Counted from the first letter of the stretch, positions 47,644-58,494 are shown. The stretch is DNA of 64,000 nucleotides from Thermodesulfobacteriota bacterium (GCA_964291405.2 OZ219926.1:1440001-1504000), one strand, 5' to 3'. Program-made: numbers and translations. Notes: generated from the letters alone by a model not told the origin.

Positions 47644-49038
47644 TCAGGCCGCCAGCAAGCCCTGGCGCGTGACCCAGTCCAGGGTCTCATTCAGCCCCTT
47701 TGTATAGCGTACGAAGATTTCGTCCACTTCATCCGCAGAGACGATGAGCGGCGGACACAGCGCCAGCGTGTCGCCGATGGCCCGGGAAATCAGGCCGTTG
47801 TCTTTCATGCGGGCCAGGCTGTATTTCCCGACTGCGGCATCTGGATCAAAGGCCTGACCGGTCGCCTTGTCCATCACCAGCTCGCACGCACCGACCAGGC
47901 CCTTGCCGCGTACCTCGCCGACTAGCGGGTGGTCGGCCAGCTGTTGCAGGTGGGCCTGAAACTGCTCACCGAGCCGGGCCGCCCGCTCGAAAATTCCGTC
48001 TCTTTCATAGATTTCGAGCACCTTGAGCCCCATAGCCGCCGAGACGGGATGGCCGCTATAGGTAAAGCCATGACCGAATATTCCCCATTCTTTGCTCACC
48101 TCGGCAACCGCCTGATAGATGAACTCGGGGATCATGACCGCGCTCAACGGCAGATAGGCCGAGGTCAGCGACTTGGCCAGGGAGATGGTGGCCGGCTGAA
48201 GATCAAAGGTCTGGGCAGCAAAAGGGTTGCCCGTCCGGCCAAAGCCGGTGATGACCTCGTCGTCGATGAACAGGACGTCGTATTTTTTCAGTACCCGCTG
48301 GATCTTCGGGAAATATGAATCCGGCGGTACCAGCACACCCCCAGCACCCATAATCGGTTCGGCAATAAACGCCGCGACCGTATCCGGATTTTCCGCCAGG
48401 ATGAGCCGCTCCAGATTATCGGCCAGTCGGGTGGTAAAGTCCTCTTCACTTTCGCCGGGCTCATGAAAGCGGTAGTAGTGCGGGCAGTCGGTATGCAGAA
48501 AACTCTCGACCGGCAGATCAAACCCCTGGTGAAAGGGAGCTAAACCGGTCGCACTGGCCGCGGCGAACGTTACGCCGTGGTAGGCTTTGTTCCGGGCAAT
48601 GATTTTTTTCTTCTCAGGTCGCCCGACAGCATTGTTGTAATAGCGCATGAGCTTGATCTGCGTATCGTTCGCGTCGGAACCCGAGAGACCGAAAAAGACT
48701 TTAGAAAATCCACCCGGCACAACCGTCTTGAGCTTTTCCGCGAGCTGCATGGCAGCGTCGTGGCTCTTGTCGGTGAAAAGATGGCCATAGGACAGCTTCT
48801 TGATCTGCTCGTAGGCCGTCTGGGCGAGCTCTTCGTTGCCATAGCCGAGTGACGTGCACCAAAGTCCGGCCAGCCCGTCAATATACTGCTTACCGTCTTC
48901 GTCCCAGACATAAATCCCTTCACCCCGCACGATCATCAGCGGCCCCTGTTCGTTCAGGGTGGCGATCTGACTCATGGGGTGAAACACGCTATCAAGGTCG
49001 CGCCTACCGAGCGGCGTTAGTGTTCCTGACTCGTTCAT
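47644..49038 (-). CDS. class III omega-amino acid aminotransferase
   Basis: GLWC..LGYG, SGSDAND, AYHG, AEPIMGAGG, DEVITGFGRTG, LAKSL, HGFTYSGHP. Confidence 0.95.
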   Translation of the reverse strand: MNESGTLTPLGRRDLDSVFHPMSQIATLNEQGPLMIVRGEGIYVWDEDGKQYIDGLAGLWCTSLGYGNEELAQTAYEQIKKLSYGHLFTDKSHDAAMQLAEKLKTVVPGGFSKVFFGLSGSDANDTQIKLMRYYNNAVGRPEKKKIIARNKAYHGVTFAAASATGLAPFHQGFDLPVESFLHTDCPHYYRFHEPGESEEDFTTRLADNLERLILAENPDTVAAFIAEPIMGAGGVLVPPDSYFPKIQRVLKKYDVLFIDDEVITGFGRTGNPFAAQTFDLQPATISLAKSLTSAYLPLSAVMIPEFIYQAVAEVSKEWGIFGHGFTYSGHPVSAAMGLKVLEIYERDGIFERAARLGEQFQAHLQQLADHPLVGEVRGKGLVGACELVMDKATGQAFDPDAAVGKYSLARMKDNGLISRAIGDTLALCPPLIVSADEVDEIFVRYTKGLNETLDWVTRQGLLAA

Positions 49039-49072
49039 GGTTCGCTCCTCCGTTGGTCTATATGCCCATTAG

Positions 49073-51052
49073 TCACACAGTTGCCTCATCCGCCCAGTAC
49101 GGCATACTCCGCGCCTTCATCATCTGGCGAAAGGCGCGGGTCGAGTTGGGCAATAACTCACCGGTCCCCCAGTCACAGATGACCCCATACTGGCGAATCA
49201 CATCGTACAGGTCGAGCTGGCCCGTGCGGAAGCGCTCGGCAACCTGCTGCGGATCCTCCTCCAGCCAGCGCTTGCGCTGCGCGGCGATCCGTCGGCGTTC
49301 TGCCCGGGTGGCGGTTGCATCGATTTCGTACTCCGCCAAGTCCTCGTCGATGACCTTGAGCACAACGCCGTAGTCTTTGCGTGCCCGCTCGACCGACACA
49401 TAGTCATCCACGACGTCTTCGAGCACTCTTTGCGGGTCGCGTTTAAGCGGATCACCATAGCCTCCGCCACCCGAGGTCCCCCGCCAGAAACGCGCTCCGG
49501 TATGCACGGGAACATTCGAGAACACCGCGCCCAGGAAGCGCGCCTCCTCACCCGGTGGTTCAAGCCAGAGCCCGTGCGGGCGCGCCGGGAGGCCGCCCTC
49601 AATACCCCACACGATCGACCGTTCACGGTCGCAGAAATAGGAGAACACGCAGTTTTCCACGTCCAGGATGGTGCCACCTTTGTCGAGCCCGACGCCACCC
49701 CGCCATTCTCCAGGGCCGGCGCTGTCGGTGACGATCTCAAAACGGTCGGTCCGAACCGGACACAACCGTTCCTGGCCTTCAACCGGCTGGATCATCAAGC
49801 CCACACCAAAGCACGAGGCCGTCACGCCGAGCCCGTCCCGGCCATTCCGGCCACCCCAGCCACCGGACAGCCAGTCGTACAGCATAAAGTAGGGACGGTC
49901 CTCTCCGCGGGCGTCATAGCCGCCGGTTTGCAGATACTCGATGTTAAAGGCGCACGCCATGGCCCGCTCCGGCATGAGAGCGGAGAAGAGCTCAAAGATC
50001 GCATTCATGATCTTCTCGAAGCCCATGACAAAGCCGGATACCGCCACCGGCCAGCGGGCACTGACGATGGTATCGTCAGGAACGATGACCTTGACGGTCC
50101 GATACAACCCGGCGTTCAGCGGGACATCTGGAAAAAACGTTTTCATACCGGACACAATGCCGGCAAAGGTCCCCCCGAAGGCACAGTTGTAGATGGAGCC
50201 TATCGTCGGGTGAGAACCACTGAGGTCGAATTCCGCCTCGTCACCCCTGATCGTCAGTTTGACCCGGATGGGGATCATCCCTTCTTGCCCGGCCGGATCC
50301 TGATCGACAAAATCGACCGTCTCCCACGACCCGTCAGGCAGTTCGCTCAGGCGGAGACGTATCGCGCGTTCGACATAATCCTGGACTTCTGCAAAGGCGG
50401 TGATGATGGTCTCAACGCCGTATTTGTCGCACAGGCGGAGAATTTCTCGCTCGGCAATACGCGTTGCCTGGGTCTGGGCGTCCATATCGCCGATGATGGC
50501 ATCGGGGTCGCGGGTGTTCTTGGCCACGAGGCGCGCCACATCGCTACAGTACTCGCCCCGCCGCCAGATCTTGACCGGTGGCACGCGGATGCCTTCCTTG
50601 AACATCTCGTGTGCACTGACATCAAACGACCCCGGTACGCTGCCACCCATATCCGCCCAGTGACCGTTTGCCTGGCTCCAGGCGATGAGCCGGCCGTCAA
50701 CAAAAATCGGCAACAGCACCCGGGTATCGTTGAAGTGCGTTCCGCCCACATACGGGTCATTGATCAGAAAGATATCCCCTGGATGGATATCGTCGCCAAA
50801 CTCGTCAATGACCGCTTTACAGGTGTAGTGCAGAGTCCCGACGTGGGCCGCCAGGTCCTGATTTCCCTGGGCCACGGTATTCCCTTCGGCATCGCATAGC
50901 GCGTTGGAGAAATCGCGGTTATAGACCACGAAGGAGTAACAGGTCCGACGCACCTGCTCTGCCATCTGATCCACGATATTCACGAAAGCGTTGCGCAACA
51001 CCTCGAAGGTAACCGGGTCGAGGGTCGTGCTGGGTGTGGGTAATTTGGTCAT
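49073..51052 (-). CDS. hydantoinase B/oxoprolinase-family subunit
   Basis: DPVTFEVL, NDPYVGGTHFND, GHWADMGGSVPGS, DSAGPGEWRGG, GGGGYGDP. Confidence 0.95.
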   Translation of the reverse strand: MTKLPTPSTTLDPVTFEVLRNAFVNIVDQMAEQVRRTCYSFVVYNRDFSNALCDAEGNTVAQGNQDLAAHVGTLHYTCKAVIDEFGDDIHPGDIFLINDPYVGGTHFNDTRVLLPIFVDGRLIAWSQANGHWADMGGSVPGSFDVSAHEMFKEGIRVPPVKIWRRGEYCSDVARLVAKNTRDPDAIIGDMDAQTQATRIAEREILRLCDKYGVETIITAFAEVQDYVERAIRLRLSELPDGSWETVDFVDQDPAGQEGMIPIRVKLTIRGDEAEFDLSGSHPTIGSIYNCAFGGTFAGIVSGMKTFFPDVPLNAGLYRTVKVIVPDDTIVSARWPVAVSGFVMGFEKIMNAIFELFSALMPERAMACAFNIEYLQTGGYDARGEDRPYFMLYDWLSGGWGGRNGRDGLGVTASCFGVGLMIQPVEGQERLCPVRTDRFEIVTDSAGPGEWRGGVGLDKGGTILDVENCVFSYFCDRERSIVWGIEGGLPARPHGLWLEPPGEEARFLGAVFSNVPVHTGARFWRGTSGGGGYGDPLKRDPQRVLEDVVDDYVSVERARKDYGVVLKVIDEDLAEYEIDATATRAERRRIAAQRKRWLEEDPQQVAERFRTGQLDLYDVIRQYGVICDWGTGELLPNSTRAFRQMMKARSMPYWADEATV

Positions 51053-51068
51053 GATCGCATCCTCACTC

Positions 51069-53087
51069 TCAGACCGTAATGATGAGATTCAACCACGGGT
51101 CAACCGTAACCGAAGCTCCCGGCGGCACGAGGGTGGTTGAGTCGAGCTGCTGGATCACAGCCGGCCCGGGCAGTTCCGCGCCACTCGACAAGTCGTCCCG
51201 CCAGTAAATCGGGGTCTCCAACGACTCTTCATCAAACCCGATCTTGCGCCAGGATCGCGGCTCGGGTCTGGCCGTATCAGCAACGTGCCTGGCCAGTTCG
51301 GCTTTGGGCGTCAGCCCGACTGCCGTCAGGTTCAGGCGAAAGATCTCGATGCCGGCGCCGGCACGCCGGTAGTTATATTCCCGCTCGTGCGCCGCGCCGA
51401 AAGCGTCAACGGCCTCCTGCACACTGATAAAGGGCGTCCCGACAGGTACGGCAAGCGACCGCCACTGGCCACTATAGCGCATGTCGATCGTCCGCTTGAG
51501 GATGATGTCCTTGTCTGCAACTCCCTCTTTGGTCAGCCGCGCGTGCGCCTCAGCCTCAAGCAGTCGAAACTCCGCTTCTATTGCCTGGGGGTCGGCTTGT
51601 GCCGTATCGACCAGATAGGTCGTCAGGAGATCGTGTTGGATGTCAACCAACAAACAGCCCATAGCAGAGGTCACCCCGGGGTGGGGTGGGACGATGACCG
51701 TCGGGATGGACAGCTCTGTGGCCAACGCGGCCCCGTGCAGCGGTCCAGCCCCACCGAAGGCAACCAGCGCGAAATCGCGGGGGTCGTAGCCGCGCATGAT
51801 AGACACCAGACGAATGGCGTCCGCCGTATTGGCGTTCGCAACATTGAGAATTGCCTTGGCAGCAGCCTTCACATCCATGCCGAGGGGACGCGCAATTTTT
51901 TGCTCAAGCGCCGCGGTCGCGCGAGCCAGGTCGAGGTCGAGGTTTCCGCCGACCAGGTCTCCACCCAAACGCCCCAGGACCAGGTTGGCATCGGTATTGG
52001 TGGGGTTCTCGCCGCCGCGGCCATAGCAGGCGGGACCTGGGATGGAGCCGGCCGACTGCGGGCCGTTACGGAGCGAGCCCGCCTCATCGATCCAGGCAAT
52101 CGAGCCACCCCCAGCTCCAATGGTCTTGATATCGATACTCGGGAAACAGATCGGATGTCCGTGCTCAATATGCCAGTCACGGGTCGTCAACATCTGCGAG
52201 TCCCACACGAGCGACACGTCGGTACTGGTGCCACCCATATCGAAGCCTATCGAATTGGGAAATCCGCACAGGTTGCCGATGTAGCGGTTTGCGATGGCGC
52301 CGGCGGCAATACCAGAACTCGCCAGGCGCGCGGCCTGCGAGCCGACGCCCTGGGGCGTCATCACCCCACCGCCGCTATGGAGGAGTAGCACATCGCTGGT
52401 ATAACCACCCTGTTTCAGCCGCTCTTGCAGACGCAGGGTATAAGCCCCGATCACCGGGTGCAGCACGGCGTTGACGACTGCGGTGGAAAACCGGTCGTGC
52501 TCAAAAATTTCGGGCAGGACCTCAGCCGACGTCGAGATGGCCACCCCCGGCAATTCTTCTTCGAGAATGGCCTTCAGCGCCTGCTCGTTCGCCATGTTTG
52601 CAAACGAGTTCATAAAGCAGATGGCCACGGCCTCGTATTTGCGTTTGCACAGTTTCGCCGCAAGCGCACGCGCCTCGGCAACATCAATCGGCTTCTCAAC
52701 CCTGCCCGAGGAATCGGTACGCTCCGCAATAGGCAGGCGATCCCGCCGGCGAATATACGGCGGGGGGTTATCACGGTAGGCGTCCCATAAGTCTTCTTTC
52801 GTGGACCGGCCAATTTCGATGACGTCGCGAAAGCCTTCGGTGACGACCATGGCGGTGTGGGGCAGGTTGCGCTCGATCAGCGCGTTGGTTGCAACCGTGG
52901 TGCCGTGCGCAAACAGCGTCACATCGGAGAGCGCAATACCGGCCTTGTCGAGCCCGTCCAGCGCGGCCTCAATGGGATCCTTGGAGGTAGGGACTTTTGC
53001 AATGTGCAGCGCATTCGTGGTTTCGTCGAGAACACAGACATCGGTAAAAGTACCGCCAATATCAACGGCAACACGGACGTTGGTCAT
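51069..53087 (-). CDS. hydantoinase A/oxoprolinase-family ATP-binding subunit
   Basis: DIGGTFTD, HGTTVATN, DMGGTSTD, GAGGGSIA, FGGAGPLH. Confidence 0.95.
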   Translation of the reverse strand: MTNVRVAVDIGGTFTDVCVLDETTNALHIAKVPTSKDPIEAALDGLDKAGIALSDVTLFAHGTTVATNALIERNLPHTAMVVTEGFRDVIEIGRSTKEDLWDAYRDNPPPYIRRRDRLPIAERTDSSGRVEKPIDVAEARALAAKLCKRKYEAVAICFMNSFANMANEQALKAILEEELPGVAISTSAEVLPEIFEHDRFSTAVVNAVLHPVIGAYTLRLQERLKQGGYTSDVLLLHSGGGVMTPQGVGSQAARLASSGIAAGAIANRYIGNLCGFPNSIGFDMGGTSTDVSLVWDSQMLTTRDWHIEHGHPICFPSIDIKTIGAGGGSIAWIDEAGSLRNGPQSAGSIPGPACYGRGGENPTNTDANLVLGRLGGDLVGGNLDLDLARATAALEQKIARPLGMDVKAAAKAILNVANANTADAIRLVSIMRGYDPRDFALVAFGGAGPLHGAALATELSIPTVIVPPHPGVTSAMGCLLVDIQHDLLTTYLVDTAQADPQAIEAEFRLLEAEAHARLTKEGVADKDIILKRTIDMRYSGQWRSLAVPVGTPFISVQEAVDAFGAAHEREYNYRRAGAGIEIFRLNLTAVGLTPKAELARHVADTARPEPRSWRKIGFDEESLETPIYWRDDLSSGAELPGPAVIQQLDSTTLVPPGASVTVDPWLNLIITV

Positions 53088-53183
53088 ACCTTATCCCTCA
53101 CGACAGGCAGGAAGAGTGGGAATCTCGGCCATCCCAGGGCCTCACCGTTTAGCGCTCTATCGAATATATACCATCTAGTGGCG

Positions 53184-53212
53184 GGTATACTCACTCGCAA
53201 CTTCCGCGTCAA
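53184..53212 (-). promoter_or_regulatory. putative sigma70 promoter for the hydantoinase-aminotransferase operon
   Basis: Minus strand TTGACG-17 nt-TATACC. Confidence 0.55.
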
Positions 53213-53429
53213 CAACTAAGTGCTACTCACGGAACAGCCGCTACCTATCCTCACACCAACGGGCGGGAAAAGCGGTCAGAGGCTCGGTGTAGGGCAAGCC
53301 TAAGAAGAACCGCTTGAGAATCTCGCCTCCAAGGCAAGAATCGTATTCAGGCCGGGCAGTTAATCCCGGACGGAATTTCCTAGTTTAAGGTCTTGGTCGG
53401 TCTTGACCGTCACGTTGGCTGCGGCTGGA

Positions 53430-54625
53430 TCAGACATCTGCCTTGGGCGTCACTCTGAGCGGCAGGCGGGTCAGACCGACCAGACGGTTGTTATTCGTCC
53501 ATTCGAGATCGCCGACAATCTCGAAGTCCGCGTAGTGGGCTAGCAGTTCTTCAAACACGACCCGGATTTCAAGCCGCGCCAGATTGGCTCCCAAACAGAA
53601 ATGGGTACCGAGCCCAAAGCCAATATGAAAATTGGGGCTGCGTCCGATATCGAACCGGAACGGGTCTGTGAACTCGTCTTCATCCCGGTTGGCCGACATC
53701 TCCCAGATGGTAACCTTTTGTCCCTGGCGAATGCGCTGTCCGCGCAGCTCGACATTGCGCGTCGTCGTGCGGCGCTTGTACACGGACGGCGAGGTCCAGC
53801 GCACGATTTCTTCGACCGCGCTCTTCATCAGGGTTGGATCGGTACGCAGTCGTTGCAGTTCGTGCGGGTTTTCAATCAGCGCCACCAGGCCGCCGGCAAT
53901 GGAGCTGCGCGTGGTCTCGGCCCCGGCCGGAAAGAGCAATGCAAAAAAGGCGCGCAACTCACGATTGTCGAGTTGCGGGGAGCCGTCCTCTAACCGGGCG
54001 TGAACAATAACGGACAGGATGTCGTCCGCGGGTCGCGGCGTTTCTGCTCCACGATCCTGATCCGCGTACGCGCCCAGACGTTTGATATGCTCCAGGGCCA
54101 GGGCTTCGCCCGTCCCGGCGCCTATGGCCAGGTCAACAATATGCCCCAGCTCTTCTCGATCTTCCTGCGGGATCCCGAGAATAATGCAGATAGCCTGCAG
54201 GGGCAGTTCGCGCGCCACGGTCGGCACGAAATCAAACGGCTCGCCGGGCGAAATGCCGTCAAGAATATGGCGGGTCCGTTCCCTGAGTTGGGCTTCCAGC
54301 CGGCCGATCATACGCGGCAGGAAGCCGGTATTGACCAATCGCGCAACCGGCGATGCTTGGGGTCATCCGTCTGGTTCAGTTGATAGCCGGCTCCCCTGCC
54401 GTCAAAAATCTGCGTCCCGCCCAGCTCGGAGGAAAACGTCTCGGCATCCTTAAAAACATTCACCACGTCAGCGTAGCGACTCACCACCCAGAACCCCTCA
54501 CCGCCCGGCGTATGCTCGGTCGGCGCATGCCACCAGACCGGGGCCTCACGCCGCAGGTGACAAAAAAATTCGTGCGGAAAGCCGTTGGCAAACGAACGGC
54601 CATACGACAGATCAACAGACTCCAT
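53430..54625 (-). pseudogene. cytochrome P450 with frameshifts (possibly consensus errors)
   Basis: N-part ..DDPKHRRLR shifts at about 54340 into LVNTGF..AGAETT..FGLGTHFCLG; a compensated +1/-1 pair at about 54030-54057 hides IVEQKRRDP. Confidence 0.85.
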
Positions 54626-54650
54626 AGCGCTCTCTCGTCAGTGGGCTTGT

Positions 54651-55148
54651 TTATATATGGTAGATATCCAACACACCCTCAATAACGTCGTTCAAGAGGG
54701 TGATCTTCTTTTTGGCGATCCGATAGCCCGCCGGCGTTCGCCGGAGCAGGTGCTCATAAAAGCCGTAATAGAGGAACGACCGCTGTTTCCCAGGCTTGTA
54801 GGCCTTCACCTGCCAGTGCGCCGCCACGGCCGGCCGGTCGGCGTCCTCATTTGTGAGACGGATATTGGTAATCAGGTGGCAGGTCCGGTCCAGGGGCTGA
54901 GAGGCCGGTGACAGGCCCGACTCGATCCGCCAGACCCGGTCTTCCAGTCCGGCCTTGCTGTTGTAGTAGATCAGCGACAGCTCGGTCTGCGGGTCGTTCG
55001 TGGGCCGCCTTCATCAGTCCAGGCCGGCACCCAGTATTCCGCATCGTCGGCGTACAGGGCCAGCCAGTCCGCCCAGCGGTGCTGGTCCAGGCAGGCGGCT
55101 TCGTCAAACAACACCTGGGTGCAGTCGCGCCAGCAGGTCAGCCGGCAT
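54651..55148 (-). pseudogene. ring-hydroxylating oxygenase beta subunit (BenB/AntB-like) with 3 frameshifts
   Basis: Frames join to MPADLL/CTQVLFDEAACLDQHRWADW..YWVPAW/DPQTELSLIYY..LEDRVWRI..RTCHLITN/..KKKITLLND..DIYHI*. Confidence 0.85.
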
Positions 55149-56554
55149 GGCCGTTTCCGTATGTAGCTCCCTGGCCCTGGCTCATGAGGGCCAGCCAGCG
55201 CCGGTACTGGCCCTGAAAAATGATCTCGTCCTGAAAGTTGCTGCTGCTGGCAACTGGTTGCAGGTCAACTGAGCGGGCTTCGGCATCGGCGCCCGAGACG
55301 GCTCCGGCCGGCGCCGCGCACATAGCCCTGCTGCCAGCGCACCTGGTAGCCGTTAAAGCCGCGCTGGCAGGCCTCGAACGCGGCCAGGTCGTCCGGGGTG
55401 CCAACCCCGCTGGCGTTGAAAAAGTCTTCGTACTGACGCAGCCGGTGAGCCCGCGTCTCGGGGGCCTCGCCCACCGGCGCAAGGCAATAGGTCGAGACCA
55501 GGGTCTTATCGACCGCCAGCGGGATGACGACCCGAATCTGCGCCGAGATCTGATCCATCAGAAACACGTTCGGGTAGAGCAACAGGTTGCGCAGCCGCTC
55601 GACCATCCAGCGCGCCTGCGCTTCCCCATATTGGGCGCACAGGGCCTCCCGCTGGGCGTACGAGGGCCGGACCTGCGGGTTGGGGTAGTCGGTCCACAGC
55701 AGGGTATGGCCGTTACCCAGGTCGTAACAGCCGGTCGCGTTGGTCGGGGCGTCCAGGCGTTCGGCGTCCAGGGATTGTACCTCGTCCGAGCCCGAGCGCG
55801 CGCGGCGCTGGACGACGCCCACAAAGGTGCGGTGGACCACATCGAAATGATAGCCGTCCACGCCGTTCTCCACCTGGAGTTTCCAGTTGCCGTGATAGGT
55901 ATAGTCCGCGCTGCCGGCGACCACCTCCCAGCCGTCCGGGGCCTGGTCGGCCAGCATGTCGATGGGCGGCAGGGCCGCGGCCAGGTGGTCTTCGAGGGCG
56001 GGCACGTCGGCATTGAGCGAACCGAACAGAAAGCCTTTGTAATTGGCCAGCCGGGCGATGGGCGTGAGACCGTGCGGCTGCTCCTCGAACGCGGCCGGAT
56101 AGGCACCGTTGGCATGGTCCTTGACGCTGATCAGCCCGCCGGCGGTATTGAACGACCAGCCGTGATACGGACAGGTCAGCACCCGCTGGTTGCCGCGTTT
56201 GAGCTGGCATACGGTGGCACCTCGGTGCGGACAGGCATTGATGAACGCGCCGATCTGGCCAGCCTTGTCGCGCATCAGGAGGACCGGCTGGCGGCCCATG
56301 CTGGTCGTAAAGAAATCGTGGGGCCGGGCAAGCTGGCTCTCATGCGCCAGGTAGATCCAACTGCCCTCGAAGATGTGCTGCATCTCCAGATCGAAGACGC
56401 GCGGGTCCCGGAATACGTCCCGGTCCACCGTAAACACGCCCTGCTCGGGGCGGTCTATGATGTAGTCGCGCACGTCCCGTTCAAGGTCTCCGACCGGTTG
56501 CCGGCCGTTCAGACCGGTGCCGGATGCAACTGAGCCAACAGTCTGGATGCTCAT
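55138..56554 (-). CDS. Rieske oxygenase alpha subunit (BenA/AntA-like), frameshift near the 3' end
   Basis: CPHRG..CPYHGW, ENGVDGYH...VH, RQYEDFFNASG.GTPDD; the true tail (DEIIFQGQYRRW..) continues in another frame after about 55303. Confidence 0.88.
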
Positions 56555-56582
56555 TACTGCAACTCCTCCCGAATCATTACGT

Positions 56583-56636
56583 TCCCGGTCACAGTCCCCT
56601 GTCAAACGTTGTGTCCCGGTTCGGACCGACTGTCAA
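56583..56636 (-). repeat. two 23-bp imperfect direct repeats (31-bp period) upstream of the Rieske gene
   Basis: TCCCGGTCACAGTCCCCTGTCAA and TCCCGGTTCGGACCGACTGTCAA; each starts TTGACAG on the minus strand. Confidence 0.6.
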
Positions 56637-56690
56637 CCATGGATGTTAAACCTAGGCGACGCAGGCGGCGCCCCACACAGCTCGTCCGCT

Positions 56691-58163
56691 CTAGACAACG
56701 TCATAGGCTTCGAGTCTGGGCGCGGCCATTTCGGCGTCGAAATGGGCCTGAGACCAGGGCCAGCTTGCCGGCACACCGTGCTTGTCCAGATACCAGCTAT
56801 TACAGCCCGTCGCCCAAATCGATTTCTTGGCGGCCTGCGCGCGGGACTGCTCATAGTCATCCGTGGCCGGGCGACTGGCACTGATTTCCCGGCACTCGCC
56901 CGTTCGTATTTTTTCCATGAGTTGCAGGATATAGCCCAGTTGCAGTTCGGCGATGCGGATCAAGGAAAAGTTGCCAACCGGACCGTTGGGGCCGTTCAGC
57001 ATAAAGAAGTTCGGAAACTCCGGGATGGAAATCGAGAGATAGGCAACCGGATGGTCCGCCCATACGTCGTCAAGATCGACACCGCCCCGGCCACGCACCA
57101 GGGTCGGTCGGATAAAACGGTCGGCCCGAAAGCCGGTCGCCAGCACCAGGACGTCCAGCTCGTGCAGTTTGCCGTCCTTGGTCCGGACGCCTTTGGGTTC
57201 GACGGTTTCAATACCGGAGACCACGAGTTCGGCGTTCGGATGCTGAATGGACTCATAGAAATTGGGCGACAAAATGAGACGCTTACACGCCGCCCGATAA
57301 CTTGGCCGGAGTTTCTCACGTAATTCCAGGTCTTTCACCGTGTCTTCAAGGTTGGCCAGGCAGACGGCTTCAATCTCCTTCATCTCGGGGGAATCAGAAT
57401 CAATGACCGCCTTACTAAAATTTTCAAAAAACTCTTTCTGTTCTTCGCGTAGCGCGTAGATTTTCTGTAGGTCGTTGGCAAACGCGGCTCGCTCGGCAGC
57501 CGCGTAGGCGTCGTTCTCCATTTTGAAGACCCACTGCGCGGTCCGCTGGAATAATGTGTAGCGGGCCACCCGCTCAACCAGGGCGGTGGTAATCTGGATT
57601 GCGGTCGAGCCGGTGCCGATCACGCCAACCCGCGCGCCGTCGAGCGGGACGCTGTGGTCCCACTCGGCACTGTGGAAGTGTGCGCCCTCGAAGGTGTCGA
57701 GACCGGGGATAGCCGCCCGATTGGGATGGTGCAGCACGCCGGTGGCGGCAATGATGATATCCGCCTGGTCTTCACGTCCCCTGCTGGTCCGAATCTGCCA
57801 GCGGCCGTCAATGAATTCGCAGGCCGTAATCTCTTCCTCAAAGCGGACGCGGTCTACAACGGCGTACTTTTGAGCAACATTCTCGAAATAAGCCCGAATC
57901 TCAGGGCCCGGAGCAAACACCTGACTCCAGTCCGGGTTGGGTTCAAAAGAATAGGTGTACGAATGCGCCGGCACGTCGCAGGCCAGCCCCGGATAGGTGT
58001 TCGCACGCCAGGTGCCGCCCAGGGCGTCTGACTTTTCATAGATGATGAAGTTGTCATAGCCGGCCTCACGAAACTTGATGGCAGACAGAATGCCGGCCAT
58101 GCCCGCGCCGATGATGACGATGCGCGGGTCTTGAGTGTTCAGATTAGGGGTGGGTTCAGTCAT
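56691..58163 (-). CDS. flavin-containing monooxygenase (BVMO-type fingerprint)
   Basis: GAGMAG, GGTWRANTYPG, FEGAHFHSAEWD, GTGST, ACKR, ATGF. Confidence 0.93.
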   Translation of the reverse strand: MTEPTPNLNTQDPRIVIIGAGMAGILSAIKFREAGYDNFIIYEKSDALGGTWRANTYPGLACDVPAHSYTYSFEPNPDWSQVFAPGPEIRAYFENVAQKYAVVDRVRFEEEITACEFIDGRWQIRTSRGREDQADIIIAATGVLHHPNRAAIPGLDTFEGAHFHSAEWDHSVPLDGARVGVIGTGSTAIQITTALVERVARYTLFQRTAQWVFKMENDAYAAAERAAFANDLQKIYALREEQKEFFENFSKAVIDSDSPEMKEIEAVCLANLEDTVKDLELREKLRPSYRAACKRLILSPNFYESIQHPNAELVVSGIETVEPKGVRTKDGKLHELDVLVLATGFRADRFIRPTLVRGRGGVDLDDVWADHPVAYLSISIPEFPNFFMLNGPNGPVGNFSLIRIAELQLGYILQLMEKIRTGECREISASRPATDDYEQSRAQAAKKSIWATGCNSWYLDKHGVPASWPWSQAHFDAEMAAPRLEAYDVV

Positions 58164-58200
58164 GCATCTTTCCTTTCTTACACGCTCCGTAGAATTACAT

Positions 58201-58213
58201 AGTGAGTCTCACT
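58201..58213. promoter_or_regulatory. palindromic operator candidate upstream of the monooxygenase
   Basis: AGTGAG-T-CTCACT, downstream of a minus-strand TTGACC. Confidence 0.4.
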
Positions 58214-58239
58214 CTGGTCGGTTCGGTCAATCGAGGTTT

Positions 58240-58494
58240 TTACCGGTAGACATCGCGTCTATGCCCAATGTGAAGGATCGTAATACGGCGCTGTGTATCA
58301 TCAATCTCGTAGATTATCCGATAGTTGCCGACCCGAAGACGCCACCCTTCCCGGCTACTCAACTTGGTGCAGCCAGCGGGTCGTGGGACGGCCCTCAAAC
58401 GGCGGAGCGCCTCACTCACACGGTTGTACGTGTCTGACGGCAGCCCGGCGAGTTCTTTCTGAGCACGTCTCAGGATAACGACGGAATAGGACAC
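58240..58494 (-). CDS. RelE/StbE-family toxin
   Basis: RAQKEL..LP..PRPAGCTKL..WRLRVGNYRIIYEIDD..IGHRRDVYR. Confidence 0.92.
   Translation of the reverse strand: MSYSVVILRRAQKELAGLPSDTYNRVSEALRRLRAVPRPAGCTKLSSREGWRLRVGNYRIIYEIDDTQRRITILHIGHRRDVYR

Noticed and set aside
49430-50899. Long antisense ORFs (also 28107-29360, 34599-35609, 51285-52388, 55238-56533)
   Set aside because: They lie opposite well-supported genes, have no family motifs, and are expected shadows of GC3-rich coding DNA.
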